The position numbers were made by a program, and so were the translations under genes. Of a stretch of 64,000 nt of DNA, positions 39,727-49,163 are shown in pieces (the stretch's first letter is position 1; each line of letters opens with the position of its first letter). The notes beneath the pieces are model-generated. The model did no database searches and was not told the DNA's origin. It was given only the letters and a program-made list of their open reading frames with translations. Source of the DNA: an uncultured Candidatus Saccharibacteria bacterium (GTDB taxonomy: Bacteria; Patescibacteriota; Minisyncoccia; Phycocordibacterales; UBA9973); the NCBI GenBank assembly GCA_964361705.1, contig CAYIBP010000002.1, forward strand, positions 12,435 to 76,434, given 5' to 3'.

Positions 39727-40215
39727 ATGATGCAGAGGGCCTTAGAGTTTGGGAGGATTGCTGGAAAGCTAGGAGAGGCTCCAGTGGGGGCTGTCGCAGC
39801 AATCGGGGAAAATTTCCTGTGTGGAGCAGGAAATCAAATTAATCATTTTCCCCACGACCCATCGGCACATGCCGAAATGGTCGTAACAAGGGAGGTGGCA
39901 AAGATCTTAAGAACGAGATTTTTGCATGAAGTCACATTGTACACAATAGCACCACCGTGTGCGATGTGTCTAGGGATGATGATGTCTTCTTACGTCGGGA
40001 AGATTGTGTACGGCCCGACAATAGAAGATGCTTTCTCCATCCACCCCGGGTGGAGATCCTTCCGAATTTCCGTGCAAGAGATGTTGAAACTATGGCAGGG
40101 AGATAATATTCTTCCTATCATAGTAAACAATTTCATGCGCAAAGAGTGCATGGAATTGTTGAAATCTTTTCGGGTGCGAACAGATCCATCTTTGCCCCCC
40201 AAACACCTCGGCTGA
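39727..40215 (+). CDS. Zn-dependent nucleoside deaminase (TadA/guanine deaminase-like)
   Basis: HAE and PCAMC motifs. Confidence 0.85.
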   Translation: MMQRALEFGRIAGKLGEAPVGAVAAIGENFLCGAGNQINHFPHDPSAHAEMVVTREVAKILRTRFLHEVTLYTIAPPCAMCLGMMMSSYVGKIVYGPTIEDAFSIHPGWRSFRISVQEMLKLWQGDNILPIIVNNFMRKECMELLKSFRVRTDPSLPPKHLG

Positions 40216-40246
40216 GTTTTTGTCCTCCAAAAACAAAGACTCAGCC
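40210..40246. terminator. Hairpin after the deaminase gene
   Basis: GGCTGAGTTTTTGT...ACAAAGACTCAGCC. Confidence 0.55.
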
Positions 40247-40360
40247 ATAATTACAAAAAAAAATGTTAAAATAAAATATTCGCGCGGTTAGCCATCCAAA
40301 CGACTTAATTCAAGTTAGAGTTTAATTGTTTATTCGTACCATAGATGATATCATACAGAT

Positions 40361-41053
40361 ATGATATCAAAGTGGTTTAGTTTAAAAAATAAATCCATTG
40401 CCTTAAGGAAAAAAGGTATTTCTATAAGAAGTATAGAAAAATATTTAAAAATACCCCGCTCTACCTTGAGCGGTTGGTTTAAAAATGTAAAACTAACAAA
40501 AACTCAAATGAAGGTTTTAGAAATAAAACATAAAAACGCTCTCATAAAAGGTAGAAAGAAAGCTATGCTATGGCACAATCAACAGAAATCAAAAAGAATC
40601 TTAAATGCGGAAAATGAAGCAAATAAAATTTTATCCAAATTGGATAACAATTCAAAAACAATAGAGCTCGGCTTGGCTATGTTATATCTGGGAGAAGGCT
40701 TTAAGAAATCGCCCAGAACGGGTATGGGTAACTCCGATCCCCTTTTACTTAGATTTTTTTTGAAAATATTAATCAATGTATATAAAGTAAAAAAGGAAAA
40801 AATCAGATTTGAATTACATATCAGAGCAGATCAAAATCCTGTTACAATAAAAAAATATTGGGCAAAAGAATTAAAAATATCTATAAATGATTTTCGTTCT
40901 GTATCTGTCGATAAGAGAACAATAGGAAAACCAACATACAAGGACTACAAGGGTGTATGTGTAATAGACTGCGGAAATATTGCTATACAAAGAAAATTAA
41001 TATATATTGGTAGGAAGTTTTGTGAAAGGTCAATAGAAACTCTGGGCGGTTAG
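40361..41053 (+). CDS. HTH plus degenerate LAGLIDADG-like protein ending inside tRNA-Val
   Basis: LRKKGISIRSIEKYLKIPRSTLSGW HTH; LAMLYLGEG...NSDP; stop TAG is tRNA nt 8-10. Confidence 0.7.
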   Translation: MISKWFSLKNKSIALRKKGISIRSIEKYLKIPRSTLSGWFKNVKLTKTQMKVLEIKHKNALIKGRKKAMLWHNQQKSKRILNAENEANKILSKLDNNSKTIELGLAMLYLGEGFKKSPRTGMGNSDPLLLRFFLKILINVYKVKKEKIRFELHIRADQNPVTIKKYWAKELKISINDFRSVSVDKRTIGKPTYKDYKGVCVIDCGNIAIQRKLIYIGRKFCERSIETLGG

Positions 41054-41120
41054 CTCATTTGGCTAGAGCGCGTCGTTGACGTCGACGAGGCAACAAGTTC
41101 GAGTCTTGTACCGCCCACCA
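41044..41120 (+). tRNA. tRNA-Val(GAC)
   Basis: GGGCGGT/ACCGCCC acceptor stem, CGTCG-TTGACGT-CGACG, encoded CCA. Confidence 0.95.
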
Positions 41121-41185
41121 TTTTTTTTATAATCCTGTATCGCGCACAAAAAATAAAATTCAAAAAAACCTGTATAAAATAAAAT

Positions 41186-41218
41186 AAGCCGAGTCAACGC
41201 TACGCTGACTCGGCTTTT
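41186..41218 (+). terminator. Intrinsic terminator after tRNA-Val
   Basis: AAGCCGAGTCA...TGACTCGGCTTTT. Confidence 0.65.
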
Positions 41219-41317
41219 CTATGATTCCAACTTGGCCAAAGCTGGACACCCATTGTAGCATATTATACGGATAAGTCAATATCTTAAATAAAGTATATTT
41301 TATGCTATCATTCCCCT

Positions 41318-43513
41318 ATGGACGAAAAGCTATTAAAACCTTATGACCCAAAGGAAACCGAGGCAAAGATACTGAAGAGATGGGACGAAAGCGGATATTT
41401 CAATCCTGATGTTTGTATAGATAAAGGAATTGCAAAAGCCGACGCTCCTCACTTTTCTATCGTACTCCCTCCTCCAAATGTTACAGGCAGTCTGCACACA
41501 GGCCACGCGCTGATGCTCATTATTGAAGATATAGTCGTGCGTTACAAAAGAATGCAAGGCTTTCGTACACTCTGGCTCCCTGGGACAGACCATGCGGCTA
41601 TCGCCACTCAATCAAAGGTAGAAAAAATAATAGAAAAAGAAGGTTTACGCAGGGGCGAGATGGGCCGCGAAGCATTTTTAGCCCGGGTAGAAAAGTACGC
41701 TTCAGAATCACATGACACCATTGTAAACCAAGCCAAAAAGATGGGCGCGTCTATGGACTGGTCGCGTGAGGCTTTTACTCTGGACGAAAAGAGAAACACC
41801 GCTGTCAGAACTGCTTTTAAAAAAATGTACAGTGATGGTTTGATATACAGAGGTAACCGCATAGTAAACTGGGACCCAAAAGGACAAACAGTGATTTCAG
41901 ATGATGAATTAATCTACGAAGAAAGAAAAGCCAATTTTTACACTTTCAAATACGGTCCTTTTGAGATAGGTACAGCAAGACCCGAGACAAAATTCGGCGA
42001 CAAATATGTGGTGATGCATCCAGACGATACGCGTTATCAGAAATGGAAACATGGCGACAAACTCACAGTAGAATGGATAAACGGCCAGATAGAAGCCACT
42101 GTGATCAAAGACGAGATGATAGACATGGAGTTCGGCACAGGAGTCATGACCATCACCCCTTGGCACTCTCATGAAGACTTTGCATTGGCGGAAAAATATA
42201 AAATCGACAAAGAACAGATCATAGACAAATATGGCAAGCTCCTCCCTATCGCTGGAGAATTTGCTGGAATGAAGATAGTTGATGCACGTGAAAAGATTGT
42301 TGAAAAATTAAAAGCTAAAGGGTTGCTCGTTTCAGCAGACGAAAATTATGTTCACAGAGTAGCCACAGCAGAGCGAACAGGATGTGTGATAGAACCACAA
42401 ATAATGCTCCAGTGGTTTATAGATGTGAATAAAAAAATAAAAGAACGAGGCAACAAATCCCTCAAAGAGTTAATGCTCGAACCGATAAAGAACAAAGAGA
42501 TAAGCATACTCCCCGACCGATTTGAAAAGGTTTATTACAACTGGGTAGAGAATCTGCGTGACTGGTGCATCTCCCGCCAAATCTGGTACGGACACAGGAT
42601 ACCTGTATGGTATCGTTCGACTCCCCTCACGACAAGCAAAGAAGAAATATTTTGCGATACAGAAGCACCGACAGAACCAGGTTGGGTTCAAGATGAAGAC
42701 ACCCTAGATACTTGGTTCTCTTCTGGACTTTGGACTTTCTCTACTCTAGGCTGGCCCGAACAAACAGCAGATTTGAAAAATTATCATCCTACGAGCTTAA
42801 TAGAAACAGGTCACGATATTATATTCTTTTGGGTAGCCAGAATGATCTTGATGTCGCAATACCTCCTAGGCGAGGTACCCTTCAAAGATATTTATTTCCA
42901 TGGCATAGTGCGCGCAGCAGACGGCAAGAAAATGTCTAAATCTTTGGGTGATAAAGCTATTGATCCCCTCACCATAATAGACAATTATGGCAACGATGCC
43001 CTGCGTATGGCTATGATCGTGGGCAATACCCCTGGTAACGATTTGAAACTAAATGAAAATGACATAAAAGGTTACAAGAAATTTGCAAACAAAATATGGA
43101 ACGCTTCTCGTTTTGTACTTGAAAACACACAAGACTTAAATAAAGAAAAAATTTCTCTTGAAGTTTTAGACGAAGAAGACAAAAAAAGTCACGAGGAGTT
43201 GAACACTTTGCTGACTGAAGTTACAAAAGAAATGAACGAATACAGATTTTCTATCGTCGCTGAAAAACTATACCATTATTTCTGGCACACTTTTGCTGAT
43301 ATTTTGATAGAAAAATCAAAAAAGAAAATCTCTGAAGGAAAAAATTCAGATTCTGCAAAAGCCTTACTCTACACACACTTGGACACTCTCCTTCGCGCAA
43401 TGCATCCCTTTATACCTTTTGTTACTGAAGAAATCTGGTCCTTAATGAAAAAAAGAAACAAAGATGATTTAATAATGATAGCCAAGTGGCCCTTATCAAA
43501 AAATGACCAGTGA
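41318..43513 (+). CDS. valS: Valine--tRNA ligase (short form)
   Basis: PPPNVTGSLHTGH, DWCISRQ, KMSKS; 731 aa. Confidence 0.97.
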   Translation: MDEKLLKPYDPKETEAKILKRWDESGYFNPDVCIDKGIAKADAPHFSIVLPPPNVTGSLHTGHALMLIIEDIVVRYKRMQGFRTLWLPGTDHAAIATQSKVEKIIEKEGLRRGEMGREAFLARVEKYASESHDTIVNQAKKMGASMDWSREAFTLDEKRNTAVRTAFKKMYSDGLIYRGNRIVNWDPKGQTVISDDELIYEERKANFYTFKYGPFEIGTARPETKFGDKYVVMHPDDTRYQKWKHGDKLTVEWINGQIEATVIKDEMIDMEFGTGVMTITPWHSHEDFALAEKYKIDKEQIIDKYGKLLPIAGEFAGMKIVDAREKIVEKLKAKGLLVSADENYVHRVATAERTGCVIEPQIMLQWFIDVNKKIKERGNKSLKELMLEPIKNKEISILPDRFEKVYYNWVENLRDWCISRQIWYGHRIPVWYRSTPLTTSKEEIFCDTEAPTEPGWVQDEDTLDTWFSSGLWTFSTLGWPEQTADLKNYHPTSLIETGHDIIFFWVARMILMSQYLLGEVPFKDIYFHGIVRAADGKKMSKSLGDKAIDPLTIIDNYGNDALRMAMIVGNTPGNDLKLNENDIKGYKKFANKIWNASRFVLENTQDLNKEKISLEVLDEEDKKSHEELNTLLTEVTKEMNEYRFSIVAEKLYHYFWHTFADILIEKSKKKISEGKNSDSAKALLYTHLDTLLRAMHPFIPFVTEEIWSLMKKRNKDDLIMIAKWPLSKNDQ

Positions 43514-44192
43514 TCCAAAAATACTAGTACTAGCGCTCCTAGGTGGCATTATACCAGCCCTGTTGTGGCTTGCGTTTTGGCTTAGAGAAGACAATAAGCG
43601 CCCAGAGCCTAAAGGTCTGCTTGCCGTCGTCTTCTTCTTTGGAATGCTTTCTATCGCGGTAGTTATACCTCTGCAACAATTCATAAGAGACAATATCGCA
43701 TCTTATGATTGGCAAATAGTAAGCTGGGCCGCCGCAGAAGAACTTGTAAAATACTTGGCTGTTATAATACTTTTAATAAACAACAGAAACATAGATGAAC
43801 CGCTGGATTGGCCAATATACCTCATCACAGCAGCTCTGGGATTCGCTGCCATAGAAAATTCTCTGTACTTGCTCAAACCTCTCATGTTAGGACAGAACAC
43901 TGTCGGACTTTTTACTGGACAGATCAGATTTTTAGGAGCAACACTTTTACATGCCGTATCAAGCGGTATCTTAGGTATAAGTCTGGGTCTTGCCTTCTTT
44001 ATGAATGGATTTACAAAGAAAATGTATCTAATAGTCGGACTTGCTCTGGCTACTATCTTGCATAGTATATTTAATTTCTTTATAATAGAGAACAACGGAA
44101 GTAATCCTCTGAAAGCTCTGGGTTTTCTATGGGTGGTGACAGTGATAGTAATGCTACTTTTTGAAAAATTACGAAGAATGAGTATTAAATAA
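43503..44192 (+). CDS. PrsW-family intramembrane metalloprotease
   Basis: EELVK, GFAAIEN, LLH, LHSIFN. Confidence 0.9.
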   Translation: MTSDPKILVLALLGGIIPALLWLAFWLREDNKRPEPKGLLAVVFFFGMLSIAVVIPLQQFIRDNIASYDWQIVSWAAAEELVKYLAVIILLINNRNIDEPLDWPIYLITAALGFAAIENSLYLLKPLMLGQNTVGLFTGQIRFLGATLLHAVSSGILGISLGLAFFMNGFTKKMYLIVGLALATILHSIFNFFIIENNGSNPLKALGFLWVVTVIVMLLFEKLRRMSIK

Positions 44193-44216
44193 TTTATTAA
44201 GTTTCCATATAAAATT

Positions 44217-44687
44217 ATGCACAATAAAAAAAGAAGTTTTTTCCAAAGATTAATGGGCGGATTTAATCCAGAAGATGAAGACACTACAGAGAGCGATGCG
44301 TCACCATCAAAAAAAGACAAGAAAGACACACATAACTGGATGGAAGAAGAAAACGAAGAGCTTGAGCTGACCGTAGATGTGTATCAGACCCCCACTGAAA
44401 TAGTCTTGCAAACGATGGTAGCAGGAGTAAAGCCCGACAACCTAGACCTTACAATAGCTCGTGATATGATCACTATCAAAGGCAAGCGCGAAGAAAACAG
44501 GAATATAGATGACGAAAACTATTTCGTCAAAGAACTCTACTGGGGTAAATTCTCACGTGTAATACTCCTCCCTCAAGAAGTAGAACCCGAAGAAGTAGAT
44601 GCCACCGAAAAGCACGGACTACTCACTATCAGACTCAGAAAAGTAGATAAAGAAAAAAGAAATAGTGTAAAAGTTAAATCTCTATAA
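44217..44687 (+). CDS. Hsp20/alpha-crystallin protein
   Basis: VDVYQT, ELYWGKFSR, HGLLTIRL. Confidence 0.92.
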   Translation: MHNKKRSFFQRLMGGFNPEDEDTTESDASPSKKDKKDTHNWMEEENEELELTVDVYQTPTEIVLQTMVAGVKPDNLDLTIARDMITIKGKREENRNIDDENYFVKELYWGKFSRVILLPQEVEPEEVDATEKHGLLTIRLRKVDKEKRNSVKVKSL

Positions 44688-44700
44688 AGTTAAATCTTTG

Positions 44701-44773
44701 TGCCGAGGACCAGAATTGAACTGGTGACCTATCCCTCTTCAGGGGAGCGCTCTACCAACTGAGCTACCTCGGC
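44701..44773 (-). tRNA. tRNA-Phe(GAA)
   Basis: GCCGAGG/CCTCGGC acceptor stem, anticodon loop CTGAAGA. Confidence 0.92.
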
Positions 44774-44783
44774 TTTTTGGTTT

Positions 44784-45050
44784 TTAAAACTTCTTCAATA
44801 AATCCTGAATACTGCTGCTGTTCATTTTCTTCTCTATACCCGTTATAGAGCTATAAATGTCTATCATTTTGTTTAAATATGGCTCTATGTAATAAAACGA
44901 ACCCAAAGCTATGCCTACCACTATTATGATCTTTAAAGTACTCCAGATGGCTTCCCTTTTTTGAACGCCACGCACCTTTTTAAGCATCTTGTTATTTTCT
45001 TCAGTAAGAGCAAAGGTCTCTTTTAATAACTTTTTATCATCTGAATCCAT
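44784..45050 (-). CDS. Small single-TM protein
   Basis: EENNKMLKK followed by a TM helix. Confidence 0.75.
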   Translation of the reverse strand: MDSDDKKLLKETFALTEENNKMLKKVRGVQKREAIWSTLKIIIVVGIALGSFYYIEPYLNKMIDIYSSITGIEKKMNSSSIQDLLKKF

Positions 45051-45137
45051 GGAAATATGTTAGCACAATTCTATAAAAAATCCAATTGTTAAAATTGGAT
45101 TTTTTGTGCTAAATTATATAGTGTTTACTAGACAGAT

Positions 45138-45209
45138 GTCCTCGTAGTTAAATGGATATAACAACTCCGTCCTAAGGAGTAGTTGCCGGTTCGATTCCTG
45201 CCGAGGACA
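45138..45209 (+). tRNA. tRNA-Arg(CCT)
   Basis: GTCCTCG/CGAGGAC acceptor stem, ACTCC-GTCCTAA-GGAGT. Confidence 0.9.
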
Positions 45210-45217
45210 CACCCATT

Positions 45218-45457
45218 TTATGCTTCTAATCCGAGCAATTCTGCGATTTTTGGCTTGTTGAAGCCTACAACCATATCATCACCTATTATTATCACAGGTA
45301 CCCCCATTTGACCGCTTTTATCTATCAACTCTTTTCTTCTTTCGGTATCATTAGCCACATTGTATTCCGTATATACAACACCATTTTCTTTAAAATAATC
45401 TTTCGCCATATGACAGAAATGGCAGGAAGGGGTTGAATAAATCGTTACGTGTTTCAT
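45218..45457 (-). CDS. Glutaredoxin/NrdH-like redoxin
   Basis: CHFC, GQMGVPV, VGF. Confidence 0.93.
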   Translation of the reverse strand: MKHVTIYSTPSCHFCHMAKDYFKENGVVYTEYNVANDTERRKELIDKSGQMGVPVIIIGDDMVVGFNKPKIAELLGLEA

Positions 45458-45541
45458 TTTTTAAATAATTTTAATACTAATACTTGTATCTTATCATGCT
45501 TGTTCAAAATCAACAAAGATAGTAATATCTTATTGGTAAAA

Positions 45542-45612
45542 GCGGGATTAGTTTAGTGGTAGAATGAGTCCTTCCCAAGGATTAGACGGGGTTTCGATTA
45601 CCCCATCCCGCA
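45542..45612 (+). tRNA. tRNA-Gly(CCC)
   Basis: GCGGGAT/ATCCCGC acceptor stem, anticodon loop TTCCCAA. Confidence 0.9.
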
Positions 45613-45621
45613 CAGATAGAA

Positions 45622-46632
45622 TTATTTAACCAAGTTAATAACCTGACCAGAGGCAAAGCTTTTTATGTTTTCGGCAGTGGTTTTCATAATATTAAAAACA
45701 GCTTCTTTTGTATTAAAAGCAATGTGCGGGGTCACGATAACATTTTCCATATCTAAAAGCATCTTGTCTTTTAATAAAATCGAATAACTTGCCAGTTCTT
45801 TATTTACAGATTCACCCGTCAATATTCCCGGCTCTTCTTTTAATTCTTTTTCATCTTCCAACACATCTAGGCCAGCACCAGCAACCATGCCGTTTTTTAG
45901 AGCCATTACTAGAGCATCAGTATCTATCAATTCCCCTCGCGCAGTATTGATAATGTAAGCGTCTTTTTTTAGAAGAGAGATATTTTTTTCATTTATGAGA
46001 TGGTGATTTTCCTTGGTATATGGAGTATGCAGTGTCAATATGTCAGCTTCACTCATGACTTGATCTAAATTCTTGTATTCAAAAGCATGTTCTTTGGCAT
46101 ATGGCATATCTGGATACAAATCGTAAGCAACCACATTCATACCAAAACCTTTTGCGATTTTAACCACATTTTTGCCAATCTTGCCGGTACCTACCACTCC
46201 CAATGTCTTGCCACATAATTCAAATCCTTTAAGATGTTCAACATTGAAATATCCTTTGGTCCTCAAATGATTCGCGGAGTCATTTATTTTTCTTGATAAA
46301 CCTAAAATGAGAGCAAAGGTAAACTCTGCCACAGTATTGGAACCGTACGCTGGCACATTGGAAACTTTTATTCCCTTGGTCTTCGCATAATCACAATCGA
46401 TGTGATCAAATCCAGTCGAGCGAGTAGCAATAAACTTCAAACTTGGCAGACTGTCTATGACTGTTTTATCTACAGAAGAATTCACGAAAACTGAAACAAT
46501 CTCTGCTCCATCAGCTTTTGTGATATTTTTTTCATCTATATAGTCCTCAATGAAAACAAGTTCGTCTTTTGGCAAAAGTTCCTTAAAAGTTTCCTGTTCT
46601 AATTTTGTAGCTTCAAAAAAGGCTATTTTCAT
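45622..46632 (-). CDS. D-lactate/2-hydroxyacid dehydrogenase
   Basis: RSTGFDHID, GTGKIG, NTARG, TPHIAF. Confidence 0.92.
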   Translation of the reverse strand: MKIAFFEATKLEQETFKELLPKDELVFIEDYIDEKNITKADGAEIVSVFVNSSVDKTVIDSLPSLKFIATRSTGFDHIDCDYAKTKGIKVSNVPAYGSNTVAEFTFALILGLSRKINDSANHLRTKGYFNVEHLKGFELCGKTLGVVGTGKIGKNVVKIAKGFGMNVVAYDLYPDMPYAKEHAFEYKNLDQVMSEADILTLHTPYTKENHHLINEKNISLLKKDAYIINTARGELIDTDALVMALKNGMVAGAGLDVLEDEKELKEEPGILTGESVNKELASYSILLKDKMLLDMENVIVTPHIAFNTKEAVFNIMKTTAENIKSFASGQVINLVK

Positions 46633-46691
46633 ATTTTATTCAAATGTTATATATACAATATAATTATATCACAATGCAAATCCTGAGCTTC

Positions 46692-47069
46692 TTATTTAAA
46701 CCATTTACTAAAAAAGTAAAGAAATGAATTTTGGTGTTCTTTTTCTTCGGTATTATTTGGCTTTTCTTCTTCTACTATCAGTATCATACCCTCGCCTTCT
46801 TTGGCCAAACCAAACTTTTCTCTAATGCGCGCTTCCACTCCGCCTTCTGTATTCAACTTTGCTATATCAGCATTTAGTTTCTCTTTGGACTTTTCAAGGG
46901 AAGTAAGTTTTTCTTTCACGATCTGTTTATTTTTCTCAGTTTCTTTCATTTTGTTTACAAAACCAAATATATTGTAAGAAAAAAATACTATAATTACTCC
47001 CAAAAAAACAAGAAAAACCTTGGAATGCAGTGTTCTTTTTAAGCTTTTATTTTTTTGAAAATCGCGCAT
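46692..47069 (-). CDS. Septum formation initiator (FtsB/DivIC)
   Basis: TM helix, coiled coil, IREKFGLAKEGE. Confidence 0.85.
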   Translation of the reverse strand: MRDFQKNKSLKRTLHSKVFLVFLGVIIVFFSYNIFGFVNKMKETEKNKQIVKEKLTSLEKSKEKLNADIAKLNTEGGVEARIREKFGLAKEGEGMILIVEEEKPNNTEEKEHQNSFLYFFSKWFK

Positions 47070-47088
47070 GATATGCTACAATGATAGC

Positions 47089-47199
47089 ATGTTTTTCAAC
47101 AAAAAATACCAGAAGAAATTGCAGTTTGTCTGGGCAGTTATTTGCGTCATTATCATCATAAGTATGATATTGCTCTATTCGCCTATATTTAGCCTGTAA
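47089..47199 (+). CDS. 36-aa single-TM peptide
   Basis: MFFNKKYQKKLQFVWAVICVIIIISMILLYSPIFSL*; TGcTACAAT 6 nt before the ATG. Confidence 0.6.
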   Translation: MFFNKKYQKKLQFVWAVICVIIIISMILLYSPIFSL

Positions 47200-47227
47200 A
47201 AATATCAAAGCTCAATCCTTAAGTTTT

Positions 47228-47314
47228 GATTTTTGCGAAAGAAAAATAAATCTTGCCAGAGCATTATCCTTATGACCTAACAGAGCAAGATTTGATTTTT
47301 CTGTAGCAAAAATT
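47228..47314. repeat. Long imperfect AT-rich hairpin between convergent genes
   Basis: GATTTTTGC..AGAAAAAT-AAATCTTGC / GCAAGATTT..ATTTTTCT..GCAAAAATT. Confidence 0.6.
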
Positions 47315-47315
47315 G

Positions 47316-49148
47316 CTATTTATCTCCCTGTCGCATCATTTTCAAGAAGACATCTTGAGTGATGTTTATTTTTGCGTTTTCTTTCATTTTTGCCTTACCC
47401 CTCTTTTGCTTTTCCAAGAGTTTTTTCTTTCTGCTAACGTCACCCCCGCCCACCACCTTGCTACCATGCATTAACACATCTTTACGAAAAGAAGACACAG
47501 ATTCCGAAGCGATAATCCTGCCGAGAGCCTGACCTTGTATCTTGAAAGCAAACTGTTGTCTTGGGATTATATTTTTCAACTTTTCTACTTGAGAACGCGC
47601 TTCTTCTTCGATTCTGCGTCTAGAAACAATTCTACAAAAAGCAACCATAGGCTCATCTGCTACTAATATATCCAGCCTCACCACATCAGCTTTTCTGTAT
47701 TCAGATATTTCATAAGAAAAAGAGGCATATCCAGATGTAATGCTTTTCAGATCATCAAAGAAATTGCGCATTAATTCACGCAGTGGCATTGCTAGTTTTA
47801 TCATCGATCTATTATCTCCAAATGTTTCCGTAGTTTCAACAATAGCTTCGTGATCAAATAAAAAAGGCATCAAGATACTTGTATATATTTGCGGAGTTAT
47901 AATCTTTACAGAAATCCAAGGTTCGTAAACTTCAGACACATTTCCGTCTTCTGGAAAAAAATGTGGAGAATATATTATCTGTTCTTTGTGATTTTTGAGG
48001 ATTACTTTATAGGTAATTGATGGCATAGTAACCACAAGATTTAAGTTGAATTCCCTTTTTAAACGCTCTGTAATTATCTCAAGATGGAGCATTCCTAAAA
48101 ATCCGCAACGAAAACCTTTACCTAAGGTACCAGACGATTCTTCTTCATAGGAAAAAGCCGAGTCAGAAAGTTTAAGTCTAGAAAGAGCAAGTTTAAGATC
48201 GGGGAAATTATCAGCGTCTTCTGGATAAACAGATGCCCAGACCACCGGCTTTGGATTCATATATCCAGGCAGAGATGGCATAGGTTTTTTACTAGATGTT
48301 ATCGTATCTCCGACAGACGCTATCCCCGGCTTTTTTATACCAGTGACTATGTATCCTATCTCTCCGGTACTTATAGAATCCTTCGGATTTTCTTCGGGAG
48401 AAAATATACCAACTTCTAAAGCCGAGAATTTTTCGTTTGAAACAGCAAAAATCAAGGAATCACCTTTTTTTATTGACCCCTTGAAAAGTCTAACATATAC
48501 TATTACTCCTCTGTGATTATCATATTTAAAATCAAACACTAACGCCTGCGAGCTGTCTCTAATATCTTCTGTCGACACCGGAGCTGGTACTTTTTTTATA
48601 ACTTCTTCAAGCAAGTTTGCCACGCCATACCCAGTCTTGCCAGAAACTTCGAGAATACTGTCAGGATCAACATCTAAAAGCACAGCGACTTCCATCTTTA
48701 CTTCATCGATGCGCGCAAGAGGTGAATCTATTTTTGATAAAACAGGTATAATAGTAAGTCCGCTTTCCTTTGCCATCTCTAGCGTCGTAAAAGTCTGCGC
48801 TTGTACGCCTTGTGTGCTGTCTATAAGTAATATTGATCCTTCTACTGCTTTCAAGGCGCGAGAAACTTCATAAGAGAAATCTATGTGCCCAGGAGTGTCT
48901 ATGAGATTTAAAATATAATCTTGACCCTCGCTATTCTCGGGACTGTTCGCACTATAAACCATACGGACAGGTTGCATCTTTATAGTGATACCGCGTTCAC
49001 GCTCGAGCTCCATAGAGTCTAATACCTGATCCCGCATCTTCCTCTCGGGAATAGTGTGCGTGATCTCAAGCATTCTATCCGCCAAGGTACTCTTGCCATG
49101 ATCTATATGCGCTATTATTGAAAAATTTCTAATATTTTTTAAATCCAT
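47316..49148 (-). CDS. lepA: Elongation factor 4
   Basis: IAHIDHGKSTLAD, ERERGITIK, GFLGMLH, KKKLLEKQK. Confidence 0.97.
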   Translation of the reverse strand: MDLKNIRNFSIIAHIDHGKSTLADRMLEITHTIPERKMRDQVLDSMELERERGITIKMQPVRMVYSANSPENSEGQDYILNLIDTPGHIDFSYEVSRALKAVEGSILLIDSTQGVQAQTFTTLEMAKESGLTIIPVLSKIDSPLARIDEVKMEVAVLLDVDPDSILEVSGKTGYGVANLLEEVIKKVPAPVSTEDIRDSSQALVFDFKYDNHRGVIVYVRLFKGSIKKGDSLIFAVSNEKFSALEVGIFSPEENPKDSISTGEIGYIVTGIKKPGIASVGDTITSSKKPMPSLPGYMNPKPVVWASVYPEDADNFPDLKLALSRLKLSDSAFSYEEESSGTLGKGFRCGFLGMLHLEIITERLKREFNLNLVVTMPSITYKVILKNHKEQIIYSPHFFPEDGNVSEVYEPWISVKIITPQIYTSILMPFLFDHEAIVETTETFGDNRSMIKLAMPLRELMRNFFDDLKSITSGYASFSYEISEYRKADVVRLDILVADEPMVAFCRIVSRRRIEEEARSQVEKLKNIIPRQQFAFKIQGQALGRIIASESVSSFRKDVLMHGSKVVGGGDVSRKKKLLEKQKRGKAKMKENAKINITQDVFLKMMRQGDK

Positions 49149-49163
49149 GGATATATAAATTCC

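Noticed and set aside
40282-41054. Group I intron in tRNA-Val
   Set aside because: The downstream tRNA is complete by itself and there is too little non-coding sequence for a ribozyme core.
41318-43513. valS as a truncated pseudogene
   Set aside because: All catalytic motifs are intact and it couples to the next gene; loss of the C-terminal coiled coil is consistent with streamlining.
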